Source of the DNA: Phoronis australis
Taxonomy: Eukaryota; Animalia; Phoronida
NCBI GenBank assembly: GCA_002633005.1
Contig: NMRA01000358.1
Location: 62,001 to 126,000 of the forward strand
Direction: 5' to 3'
Length of the DNA stretch: 64,000 nt
A program made the translations under genes and the position numbers. Under the pieces are notes generated by a model, which worked only from the letters and a program-made list of their open reading frames with translations, was not told where the DNA came from and did not search any database. Positions 26,801 to 38,500 of this stretch are shown here, piece by piece; position 1 is the stretch's first letter, and every line of letters starts with the position of its first letter.

Positions 26801-28611
26801 TTTCCTAATCATCCTTAGAGTAGTTTGGTTGACAGAGGTGCGGACGCCAAATAGACTAGAAAACAGTAAAAATGGCTACCAGATGGCACAAAATACATCA
26901 AATCCACGGGAGCATGTCATCGTTTAATTAGTACAAAGCTATTTACCAAATCCGTCAAGGAACTACCGAGAAACACAGGAAGACGAATTTCATGAAAATC
27001 TATCAGTGAATTTTGAAGATACTGAGGCAAAATTACAAACCGCGGTATATTGGCCGAACCGAACCTCGTCATTCTCTGATCTCAGCCCTTTAAAAACACA
27101 CCTGACAAATTTCAATAAGATCCTGCAAGGGCTTTAGGAGATACCGCCGCGGACGACACAGAGGCAAACTTAAAAAGAACTGGCCTCTGTAACTTGATGC
27201 GTTTTCATGAAATTTAAGAAACAAATTTCTATTATGAAGACGTTAGCATCGTTCCTTTTTGTGATAGCTTCAACGTATTCCGCATCTACTAGTGGAAATT
27301 TGAATTACTTTTTTATTATGTTTTTGTCCTTTGCTTCTGTATCTGCCAAACCGTACAGAGGATCATCATGAAAAATGGGAGATGTGTTTCTAATAACAGG
27401 TGCATGACTGACATCAATTTTCAAACGGGTCCAACTACTGTGGTGCCCCCTAATGACATTTTTTGCATCTACGACTGTATCTCTTGAACCCCTTGCAAGA
27501 AGGTTTTGAATTGTAGCAATTATATTCTTATATTCTTATTACCTTGACAGCAGAAGGATGGATTTGACTACTGCTGTGGTTATTAATGGCAACTGTTTAT
27601 GTTTGTGGTTATGTCTTTGGAGTTCAATGACCGCTTTCATGGGCGGCGCCCGGTATTGGGCTGGGTGGCCTTAGGCCCCATTTTTTTAAGTGCTTTGACC
27701 CCCAAGGTCTATGGCCAGTGAACCACAGTGGGGCTAGGGGGCTATAGCCCCACGTTTTTCAGTGGATTTTCGTAAAATATAGCAAATAATTTTGAGAGAC
27801 GACGACACTTTTTTGATGGGTTTATTGCATTCAGTGCCATCTAATGGGTATTTTTATGATAAAAATAAACACTACTAGAAACACCGTTAGCGGTGCAGTC
27901 GTGGACGCATTCAACGATCCGTGTATATTCATGTGACTTGTTGCATTGCTGTCGGCACTGCCGGTGTTGCCACTGGCAACATGTTCAGTTGGGTCGCCAT
28001 CTGTATTGTCATTGGTGTCAAATGCGTCGTCATTGTTGGTGTCCTTGCCTATATGTCGTGGACCTCACATCTTCAGGCGCTTCTCAGTGCATTGTCAATT
28101 TGCGTGAAAGTGATTTGCCAAGTGGTGGTATTCTATTTGCATGTTTGGCATAAGGCGAAGCTCACTGTTTTATGATAGAAATCCGTCCCAAGCATGTGCT
28201 GATGCAACGTACAACTGTTACTGTATTTGCTTCGTCATTGTTTGTATAACAGGGAGCAATGCGCGTGTTCACAATTTGTTGCCTTTTACGTGAGTGTCTG
28301 CTGTACGAAAACATTTCAAACCATCACCTTTGTCACGTGATCGCCATGGTTGGTGCGTGGTGGTCGCCATGCAGTGTCATCATTTTGCAAACTAAACGAA
28401 AAAAGTGCAACATACAACTACCGCACGCTGTTGCTCTCACACGCATGTACTAGTAGTCATTTTATTTTTCATTTCACTGTAAACTTCAAACAAATCTTAA
28501 TAATTACCTGTCACTTAACATTCCCACCATAAAGGCACCGACCAACTTCCCTATTCCTAAACCAGCGCCGATGGAAGCAATTATCCACTCTTTGCCACAT
28601 ACGAGGTCCCA
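13023..28611 (-). CDS. SLC22 family organic cation/carnitine transporter (MFS), internal exons
   Basis: In-frame GT-AG exons: 28611-28508 (WDLVCGKEW...GMLSDR, 104 bp), 26422-26268 (FGRKK...AAFVL, 155), 17438-17267 (GLEIVGVKYR...FIRDW, 172), 15872-15719 (PESPRWLL, 154), 13529-13447 (83), 13240-13023 (FYGLSFN...GAVEIP...LGRR, 218). Motifs and the 104/155/172 exon sizes are typical of SLC22 genes. First and last exons not found. Confidence 0.92.
13914..15282. mobile_element. Non-autonomous Kolobok-type DNA transposon in SLC22 intron
   Basis: TTAA on both sides (13910-13913, 15283-15286); long imperfect TIRs AGGAGAAGGCAACCTTTTTCATGACATTTTTAGTAAAAA / TTTTTACTAAAAATGACATGAAAAAGGCTGCCTTCTCTT; internal MFEPEYSD remnant near 14323. 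Confidence 0.8.
17592..20067 (-). mobile_element. 5'-truncated L1/Tx1-clade LINE (RT and C-terminal Cys/His domain), pseudogenised
   Basis: GVITIIPKG..NWRPVSLL, GCRQGNPLSPYLFIL, QYADDT, CTFC..ESIVHVYWSC; AATAAA and A-run at 3' end; probable TSD GAGGACCATC (17582-17591) / GAGGCCCATC (20068-20077). Confidence 0.92.
17817..17886. repeat. (TA)n microsatellite
   Basis: ~35 TA units with one interruption, at the end of the LINE ORF2. Confidence 0.95.
21499..21585 (-). pseudogene. 5S rRNA-derived sequence (5S pseudogene or SINE3 head)
   Basis: Minus strand TTGAAAACATTGGTTCTCGTCCGACCATCGAGGTAA...GGGTAGTACTTGGATGGGTGAC follows the animal 5S rRNA sequence through box C, is diverged, lacks the last ~30 nt and is followed by T6. 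Confidence 0.8.
21955..25449 (+). mobile_element. Internally deleted Academ DNA transposon
   Basis: Long TIRs (GTCCAGGAGCCAA...TTTCATGTAGCCTAGGG left; CCCTAGGCTACATGAAAC...TTGGCTCCCGGACTA right, TAG/CTA-type end). Decayed + strand transposase motifs at ~23780-24520: HEE, DDKNVFVL, AHSL*GCNT..CGVGKG, LSPTTEAF..RPHYQ..W, LDPEDYG, IRCVCK. Confidence 0.82.
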
Positions 28612-29250
28612 CTGTAATGTTGAACACATTAACATGTTATCCCAATATGCGGAGTTTATTTAATTTCACTGTCGTGATTCATATCACACTTTCTTCTATG
28701 CACCATTCTCGAAACTTCATCTGGAATTGTTCTCAAGTTGTTCCGCTTTTACCTGAGGGGCAACCAAAATTGGGACTTTGATNAAAAATGTTAAGAACCC
28801 AGCGTATCGCATTTGTCTGCGGATTTTTCCTTTGGCCTTCTAGATCCTACTAGTGCCTGGGACAAACAGATACATTGCATAAACAAACCCTGGATCATGT
28901 TTTGTGTCCCGTCGGAAGAAAATTTAAATTCGAAAACATCTTCTGAAAACGCACAAAAAAGTGTATTAGTAAAATCTACTGATTTTTAAGTGGGTTTTAA
29001 AAAACAATCGGTAAACTCACCGATTTTTGTCTCATTACTTTGATACGTGTCTCTTCCGATAAGTTAGTACCTAACGTGCAGACGAGCACTCCAAATTGGA
29101 ACGCTAAGTCCCGCGTGGTTGCGCTGCACGCGAAACAAGATGGCGGACGACCTTTGGAGCCTGACGACAATAGGTAACCGGACTATACTAGTAGTCATTT
29201 TATTTTATTTTTCATTTCACTGTAAACTTCAAACAAACCTTAATGATTAC

Positions 29251-29354
29251 CTGTCACTTAACATTCCCACCACAAAGGCACCGACCAACTTCCCTATTCC
29301 TAAACCAGCGCCGATGGAAGCAATTATCCACTCTTTGCCACATACGAGGTCCCA
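29251..29354 (-). CDS. Second copy of the 104-bp SLC22 WDLVC exon
   Basis: Same AG/GT boundaries as 28508-28611; one coding difference (AFVVG vs AFMVG); lies across the N at 28783. Confidence 0.8.
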
Positions 29355-31056
29355 CTGTAATATTGAACATATTAACATGTTATCCCAATATGCGGAGTTT
29401 ATTTAATTTCACTGTCGTGTTGTGAACACACCCGTCTTCTGTCAAAATAACTTTGATTTAAACTACTTCGTCATAAAGGTATAGTAGGATCCTAGAGAAA
29501 CATTACATCTCAGAAATTGCTGCTAAGATTCATATCACACTTTCACTTATGCACCGTTCTCAAATCTTCATCAGGAATTGTTCTCAAGTTGTTCCGCTTT
29601 TACCTGAGGGGCAACCAAAATTGGGACTTTGATATTATTATTGAAAAATCGTTTAAGCTGCCTAAAAGGAAAACGATAGTTGAAAAATTTTAACAGCGTT
29701 TTTAATATCTAAACTTGAACATTTATGAAATTTGATATATTGTTATGGGCAAACAGTCTTGTGTTATTTATAATAGTTATATAGACTTAAAGAGCACAAG
29801 AAACTGGATAAACCTTCACCTGATGAAATAGATTGTTCATTTTCTTCTGAGGTCATGTTTAAAATATGCAAACTCACTTAGCAGGGGACAAGATCGTACG
29901 TCTCAGCAGATTACAACCGGAATCGTTAGCGACTGAGGCGCCCGGGGTGCTTGTGTTCTTAAGTAATAGGTGACTGTTAGTTGAAACCAAGGCCACGGTT
30001 CAACTTGACGAGATGTGCTGACCATGAATCCTGATAGACTTCTTGATCTTAGGTGAGTGCCAATTTGAATTCTTGCCAATAAGATTGACGTTCTCCATGG
30101 AAACGGAATGGCCGCTCACGATCATTGTTCACCAACGACTGTAGATTTATCTAGTTTCTTTGGCTCTCTACGTCTAGTGTTTGTACTACGCTTGGTCTCT
30201 GCTGTGTATGTGTGCGAGGGGTCTTACTCACGCGAAATTTTATACATAACGCGAGATTGTTTGCCCTAAGGTGTAGGGTCTCCAGGTCTGATTCAGCTAA
30301 GTACCATGTGTAAGGTATAGCCACTGATACGCCCCGTTGTTACTATTGCTGTGCTACAATTGCGACTCTATACACGATACTGTACTGCCTTGTTCAGAGC
30401 TCACGTGAGTGTCATTTCATGGTACTGTGCTGCTTTGTTCAGAGCTTTTGTGACTGTCATTTCTGTTATGCAAATTTGTATGTAATGTGTGCTGGCGGTG
30501 TTTGTAATATCTGAGTTCAGTTNCCAGTAAGGTTGACGTTCTCCATGGAAATCCAATTTCAAGTGTCAAATTCGGAACACATCGCATTTGTAACGGAACT
30601 ATGGCTAAGTATAGGCTCTCCCGCGATATCCCAGGCGACCGGCAGTGGCGCTGCGCACTAGGACTCCGTTTCCGTCGTCTGCTCCACTGTGCAATGAAGA
30701 AAATTTACTTCATTTTTTAAAGAAAATGGAACCTGAGTGACGATGAATAAACAGAAGCTGCTGGTAAGATGTGAATTTTAATCGAAGCCTTAGTGAATGA
30801 CTCAGAAACTCGCAATACCCTCTTTGTCAAACCTTATCTTAAGACGATTTCCAAAGCAATCCCGTCATTATTGCCAACACGAAAAACGGATTTGGTCTTT
30901 TGAGCATTTGAAGACTATTTTAAATGCGACGAAATTTGTTAAGAATCGATGGCACAAAACGTGTAATAAGCATTACAAAAAGAAGTAGGTTTCGCGCTCA
31001 AACGCTGTGGACCATAAACAAGTAGGTCTCTTGGTAAAAGATTAGTAGTTAAATCG

Positions 31057-31120
31057 CGGTGGTGTAGTGGTAACGCACTCGTGTAGGCCTACTATTCGCC
31101 AGGTCGTGAGTTCGATTCTT
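31057..31120 (+). mobile_element. tRNA-derived SINE head
   Basis: A-box-like GGTGTAGTGGTAA and B-box-like GAGTTCGATTC; no full cloverleaf evident. Confidence 0.5.
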
Positions 31121-31199
31121 TGGAATTTGCAGCTTTTCCTGTTTGACACGTTCTCCAGGCAAGGACCGTTCAGGATGCGAAATTTATAAAACACTCTGA

Positions 31200-34140
31200 G
31201 ACATATTTAAACAGTACCCTTTAGGAATGTACTAATTAGAGTTTTAAAACAGGAAAAATTTCAACTTCCCAAAGGCAAAGTGTCATTACTTTTATCCCAA
31301 AAAGTACAAATACAAAGGAATCAAAAAAAAAGGAAAATTAGCGACCAATTTCGTTACTGAATTGTGACTACGAATTATTCACAAAAGTTATCGCAAACCG
31401 ACTGAATAAGTACATTAATAAGCGTATTCATGCAGACCAAACTTCTGTTTCAAAACGATTTATTGGTTAAAATATTAGATTAATACAGGACATAACATCG
31501 TATTATAAAAATAACAATCTCAATGGACAAATTATATTATTAGATTTTAAGAAAGCTTATAATAAATTAAATTGGTCCTTTCTTCAGTAACCCTTTTTGC
31601 CTTTGAATTTGGTCCCAAATATATTCAACGTATAAAAACAATATATACACAAAACGTACCGAGAGTGGCGTAGATGCCCCGAAACATTATTACTCGTATC
31701 GACCGAGTCCGAAGGTCGAGTTCGATAGGCGGAATAATGTCGAGTGGGATATTACTTCATGTACGCCAATCGAGATACGTTTTGTATTCATCCCATACGC
31801 TTCTAATTCCTAAGTTTCTTTCATTTTTTCGCAGATTTTTTAAATACTTCACTCAGACTGTTCACGTGGCGGATCACATCTTATATATATGTACTTGCGC
31901 GTTGGGCTGCAAGTTTTCTCCAGTAAAATAAACAGTTTTAAATGTGACGATTTATTACTTGAAAAGAGATAACAAATACTAAAACCAGGGTAAGTTTTCA
32001 TTGAGATTGTAACATCTCCTGAAAATAGTTTAATAACAACAATATTTGATATTGTAGTTACCGAGGAATCGGCTCCTGAGTTGCAGACGATAAAATATTT
32101 AGCAATTGAAAACTGAGACATAACTGTCAAATAATTAACAGTCCAGTTCCAGATGTTACGATTGAGACCTGATTGCCTATGTATGTTGAGCGTTATTTAC
32201 ACTGCTATAATTGTATTACTTTAAATTATTTTCCGAAAGTTTGGTGATCAAACCGGCTAGCGACGTCGAGTCGACATTGACCTACCTTTTGAACTTTTCA
32301 TGTCAGAGGTCACTGTTGAATTAGTGCTGGAGGTGAATACAGAAAACTTTATTACATGACCGTATTCCCCTCAACGCGTATAAAATAAATGACGATATTG
32401 TGTCTTTTGTTCAAAACAACGGAGTTACTTGTGGTTATTTTAGAGAGGCCTTCGTCAGGAGAATCCCTTAAGTAGTGAACTTTTTATACTAAGTGGAGCT
32501 CATGAGTCATTACATTAGAAATAACCCCTTAATGAAAGGATTGTGTATTAATGGGCATGAAGACAAAATAGTCCAGTATTCTGATGATACAATGTTATTT
32601 CTTCAGGATGAAATGTCTGGAACAGAATGCTCTGAATTTCTTCGAAGATTGGGTGATGTGCCTGGTCTTAATAAATTAAATAAACGAAAATGCTGAGGAA
32701 TTTTTTAGGCCACCAGTCTGAACTAAGAAAACCTATGGCATAAATTAGCCAAAAAGAAATATTAAATGTTTGGGTGTTTACTTCGTTAAATATGAAAAAG
32801 AAAAAATAGGCAAAATTTTGAAGAAAAAAAATCGGAACTCAGGAATGTTATAGATATTTGGAAAACGAGAAAATTAACAATTAAGAGAAGAATTGTCATA
32901 GCTAAACTTTTGCGCAATCTAAATTGATTCACGCTATATCTGTCCTTGGATTGACAAGGTATTTGTGCACACGAATCAACAAAGTGTAAATGATTTTATT
33001 TGGGCAGGAAAACCGCTTAAAATAAAGAAAAACGTTGCAATGGCCTCTTATAAAGATGGTGATTTAAAAGTCCCTGACATGACACTTATAAAGGAAGACC
33101 TTTTAGTCAACTGGGTTGAAAGACTTCAGTCTCCTGAATGTGGAAGGGGAAAGTTTTATCCACAATATATCCTTAAGAGTTATGGTGGCGAACAAACTGT
33201 TTAGAAAGGTAAATGATGTTTTTTATAGAGAGGTTTTGTTTGTGGGTGAGCAGTTGAATCATATTGCTTTTAAAGATGTAACTGTTTGTGGTCAGATTAT
33301 ATGGCATAACAGAGATAACCACACTTAATAATAAGTCACCATATTATAAAGATTTTGCTAAGAATGGGCTATGTTTCATCAATGACTTTCTTGATGCTGA
33401 CAATAAGCTTTTATCGTGAGAAGTACTCAAGACAAAATATAAATTAAAAGATTTTCAAATACTGAGTTTTAATTCAATATGTATCATTTTTTCTAAAAAA
33501 TGATCAAAGTCATCAGCGATTGGTTGGCTGCAACAATAAAATTTGCTTCGATTATAATACAATTGCAAAAGAAAAACCAAAAGCATTTTGTTGCAAAAAA
33601 ACAGGCAATTATGAAAATTAGTGACAGCATTAGTCAAAACAAGATATTCCAAAAATTTACTCCTTGCCTTTTACACTTCTCGGTCGATGCATTAAATCTT
33701 TTAAGTATACGTTGTTGCATAACAGAATGTGTACTAACTCTTTGTTATATAACATAAAAATTGTTGATTTTGATAAACGCCCCTACTGTAATCTGAACAC
33801 ATGTTTTTCCATTGTGATGTAATGCAAAGACTGTCGATTAATGTTCATGATATTTTGACATCTTCCCTTAAGGAACATATCAAAATAACCAAGAATGAGT
33901 TCATATTTACCATTGGAGTCTGAACTCTTCCTGCTGACTAATTATGTTATCACTATCGCCCAAGATTTTGTTTATTTACGTAGCCAACAGCAGTTACATC
34001 CAGATTGATCTAATTTAACTTAATCATGCCGAAATATGTTACAATGACAATATTTAAGTTTCAAAAACAAAGAGAACCGGACAACATTAACAATAGATAT
34101 AGGAGAGTCTCAGTGCTGCCATGCAATGAATTAAATATTA
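31200..34140 (+). mobile_element. Degraded L1/Tx1-clade LINE ORF2, interrupted by an insertion
   Basis: STSQRQSVIT, RPISLLNCDYELFTKVIANRL, LDFKKAY, GLRQGIPLS, QYSDDT, FIWAGK, IIWHN, CN-like C-terminal Cys remnant; many stops. Unrelated sequence at ~31650-32385 splits KTIY from DIVSFVQNNG. Confidence 0.88.
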
Positions 34141-34532
34141 AATTCATATATTGTTTAGTGGTATTTTAGCCTGACTTACAAAGTCGCGTCTTTAAGTGGT
34201 ACGAAACCAGCAACTCTACCCTATAACAGAAATGGATGTATCTCGATGTCTGCACTCTGGATGTGATCCCTTGGGACCTTACGAGGAGGCCAAAAACGAA
34301 CGGCTAACTGCACTTTAATTAAACTAAACAGTTGGGATCTGCATTTCGCAATGTGCTGGACCACATGTCGCTAAAGTTGTCGTTTGGTCAACTGATCAAT
34401 GGCCCAATGAGAGAAGTGGACGGGAAGGCTGTCCGTCTCTAATATCAGAGCGCGCCATATTCGCATTTCATTCACATCGCCATTCAGCATTCGATTCGGA
34501 TACCAGACACAGTCGAGTTCAGACGCACTACT

Positions 34533-34974
34533 ATGGCATCTATCAAGATCACCAACTTTATCGACCACCTGCTTGCTGTTAAGCAAGATTTAAAGACGGA
34601 AAGCCTCAACGCAGAGGAGTTCATAGCTCTTGTCAGAGCTGCGGAGGCCAAGTCCGCCTGGACCTCTGGCCTAGCCGAACGTGATCTCCTGAAAACCACC
34701 CCTGCTTCGGCCACGAAGCAGATAGTGACAAGCACAAAGGTCTCTGCGGCCTCGCAGAGACCCTCGGCTTCGGCCACGAAGCCCACCATCGTGGCAAACA
34801 AGAAGGTTACTGCGGCCCCGCAGAAACCCCCCGCTTCGGCCACGAAGCCAACAGTGACAAGCAACAAGGTTGCTGCGGCCCCGCAGAAACCCTCTGTCCC
34901 GACGGGGCAGAATAAAGACAAAACTAAACCCCCTGCGCCCTCGCAGGCGGGCTCGAAGACCCCGGCTGCGCCCC
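34533..34974 (+). CDS. Orphan ORF with three 21-22 aa P/A/K/T/S repeats, cut by contig gap
   Basis: ATG at 34533, GC-rich, open for 147 codons to the N; PASATK..VT..KV.AAPQKP repeats keep frame. Confidence 0.45.
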
Positions 34975-35309
34975 NACCAATTCCAAAGAGAGCTGTACAC
35001 TTGTTTTCCACTTTTTCCTCTAGCCTACAATCGTGAATCATTGGCTTCCACTTGTATGTAATCACGGCCGAGTCAGTGAGGCTCCCATCCTTGCCAATGA
35101 TCCTTTTCGCAAAGAATTTGCGGGCGTGTGCTGTCACATTGCTCTCACTTCATAAGCCACCACTGTCTTGTCTGCTCGCCAACAGCTATGACAAATGTCC
35201 AACGTAACTAAATTCAAATTCGCGCTACATTTGACTGGCAATTTTTGCTCCACTTAGTTTTACGCACACCACAACTTTATCCATGTAAATGATAACGACC
35301 GCCACAATT

Positions 35310-35530
35310 TTCTCACCATAAGTAGTTTTCAGGATGTCTGCTCTTGTTTTTTGGCTTTCTGTTACACTGACTGGAGTTATTCTGTAGGTTGGGGAAATAC
35401 AAAACGTGTTGAGCAGATGTGTCTCGTGAAAGCATGCTGTACTTCTCCCACACGCGCACTCGGACAGCTGACTTTCTCATAGGCAGGTACACATGCCTGT
35501 CGTACCGATTCATGCACTAGCCGGTCGTGT
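35310..35530 (-). mobile_element. Possible decayed THAP-domain transposon fragment
   Basis: CMNRYDRHVYLP...RVRVWEK then, after a frameshift, HICSTRF, resembling THAP C..P..W..CS.HF spacing. Confidence 0.3.
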
Positions 35531-38500
35531 TTTCGAAATGAAAGCAGTGGATTGCCAAGTCTGCACGTTCATCCAAATCTGACGTCATCCCTTTGTTTAC
35601 GCAAGCATCGGTTCGATTTCTTCGTTGCATGTAGTTGAGTAGTTGCATAGGCGTGTAATAGTCGGTGGAGACGGGGGAATTGCCTCTCAGCCCCTAGATC
35701 GGGCAAAAAATTGGGGAATTCGAACTACTAAAACAAGAAAAATTCGTCCAGTGAAGAGAAAATTGGAGAACGTAAACAAGGTGCATCCATTGCCAATAGA
35801 CAAGTTGGACGTGTGAGCGAGCTACTATTGAAAAAGAAGATGGAATTTTTGATCAAGTGTAACGTCAAAATGGAAGCACACAAGAACACGCCCGCCTACC
35901 TAATAACGTAGCACCACAACATCATGAAACAGATGAATCAGCGCGAAGCGTAAGGAAATAATGAGTAGTCCACCGCCGGGAACGGAAAATTTCGGCGGTC
36001 GGGGGTCGACGCACACGCCGCGACTGCAAATTTGCCCCGTTGCCCGAGCGCGACATCCATGGAAAACATTTATGAAACGTATAGTTTTAACTATCAAATG
36101 TGTTTTTTAATTGCGAGCAAAGGCGTTTTTACGACTGATTTCCAAGGTATCGAATGTAGGGTAATGACAGTCGTCAGTAAACATAATTTCGCATTTTTGT
36201 CATTTGCTTTCCGTTGTACACTCGTTAACAATACGGTTTTTAGTTTCTTTTTCAAACTGCAACTTCCTCAAAATGGCAACCCGTGAAAGAAGCTCTGACT
36301 AGGTAGTGAACCGCGACAAATTTTGAAGGATATGTACAAATTATGTCGACTAAACCGTCTCCACAGTCAAGGTTATTATAACGCAATGTGCATATGTGCA
36401 TGTTTCTTTCGCTGCATTTTGACACCGGTAACTTTTCATGGGGGTAGGTATAAAGTATCGCCTGTGGCGTGCACGGCAATGCAATTGCCCTCGCCGGAAC
36501 CGACTTGAAAAACTAAAAATAAAAAACTAGAAAGACACAAATAGTTGCCTCATGAAGTGTCCACTCACGTTTTCCATTGACAGTATATATCAACTATCAA
36601 AATAACTTGGGACGGCTAGGAATTTCTGGACCGAAAATGCAAGAGGCGCAATTGAAATTGACGAGAAGAAAAAACATTTTACACAAATACAAACAGCAAT
36701 TAAGCGAACAGCTCTTTTTGGAAGTTGTGGTGGCCCTTAAAAGGGCCGTTGTTTTGCGAGGCACAAGTAAGTGATTTACTTGGCTGGCTACCTAAAATCG
36801 CAGCCAATTTTTCAGTCGCTGTGACCCCGGCAGCAATGCACAAGTGCAATCGGGCCGCCATCTTGAAGAAGAGTACAGCTACAGCCTAGAAAGTGGCATT
36901 TTTTTTATTCTCAGCATGTTCACAAATACCGAAACCACACTCACTGAGCCTACATGCAATGCCCACCTACAAAATGTCCCCAAACTTGGCCTACCCCAAA
37001 ATTTTAATATTTTGGGGGTGCAAATTGGCCGCGGCCGCAGCCTAACTATTCATAACCATTGTTGTCAAAACCAATGAGCTATATACATAGAGATGACACG
37101 ACAATACTCGCAAGCCAGACAGCGCGTGACACGCGGTCCGCTATATTTATGATGGACGATTTGTAAACAAAAGCACGGTGGCCTTATGGAAGCCGGGCAA
37201 TTTTTAGAATAAACTTTGAAATTTTGAATACTAAAGAGGTTTTAAAATGTTGGTAACATAAAGCAACGTAAATACGTGACCCTTGCGTTGCTTAAACGGT
37301 CATGATAAGGCCGAGAAAAAAATAATTTCCCAATTATTTGACCGTGAATAGCTGCCGTTATGCCCTGGGATCTCTTGCCAGTTTACGAATTGCAGCGCAT
37401 ATACTTTATAATAGTTTAAAAATACCTCGATGACTTTCATAATAGCCACATNGGTAAGAAACTGATTTGTTCATTTTCTCATCCGGTATGAGTTCAGAAA
37501 TACTTTCGAAGTCGGATTTTGTACAGTCCTTATGCAAGTTTCGCCTGTGAGTAGGCCTATATATACTAGTAATCTTCAAAATGTTATTTCGTTTTTTGTG
37601 ATCACAGTACGTTGTCCTTCGTATTAATTCAGTAACTGCTAGGACTAGGTAACTGTTACATTGGAGTGGTTTCCGGACACAAATATGTATTGACAAACAT
37701 CAGAAAATTAATAAAAAGCGCTTTGGCAGCCCCGTTTAAGCCAATTCCAAGCACACGCGGCTGGCTGGCTGGCGTTCAGTTCACATTTGTTGTGGTTATG
37801 TTGATAGCTGTGTCTGTGACCCCAATCATCCAGCTAGCACTGTCATACTGTAGACCAAGACATTCCAAATGCTGTTATTGTAAACTTGATAAATATTGCT
37901 CTGCAGAGCCTACTGACTTCGGCTCCGGTAATAGTGCCCAAGCTTCATGACCTTTAACCTTACTATGCGTTGTTATGATTGGTTAGGGACATGGCGCTAA
38001 GCGTCACCTAGCGGATCAAGAATGTTACAAATTTCTGGCGTTGTGCGGCCGACGACTTTGCTTTCTTAGCAATTTCTCGGTACCCTTGTGAAAGAATGCA
38101 ACTAGGTTTTAACAGACTCCCGCACCTTCAAAACAACTAAGGAGCCCCCCAAAGCACGTCATCGTCACAGGAAAAGACAGATATATGAATGAGGGCAGAC
38201 CATGTATGGTATTTAGGCATACTATAGCCCTAAGTGATCAGTAGTAAAACGTTCAAAACATTCAGGAGGAACTAAATTGTTGCAAAATATCGAAAAATAT
38301 GAAGAACAATCGGATTTTATGGTGCTCACGCATCGATCTCAGATATATGACAATTTCTCATTTTAGTACATTTGAGGTGTCAAAATGTATAGCTAATAAA
38401 CTGGCTGACAAAGTTTTTATTTTATGCAATGAAAGTAACGTGTTTTGTCAACATTTTGGCTAAGTTTCATTCTCATAACAGTGGGGGCAGATTTGGTACA

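Noticed and set aside
27850-28450. Coding-like minus-strand sequence and overlapping hydrophobic + ORFs
   Set aside because: Stops interrupt the frames, with no recognisable motif or splice structure; possibly an old TE fragment.
30077-30551. ~28-bp repeat (TTGACGTTCTCCATGGAAA) at ~30077 and 30524
   Set aside because: Second copy starts exactly at a contig join; probably overlap or haplotype redundancy.
31057-31120. tRNA gene
   Set aside because: Only A/B-box-like motifs; no acceptor or anticodon stem pairing seen.
34484-35137. 217-aa minus-strand ORF
   Set aside because: Crosses the N at 34975 and is mostly the antisense of the repeat ORF.
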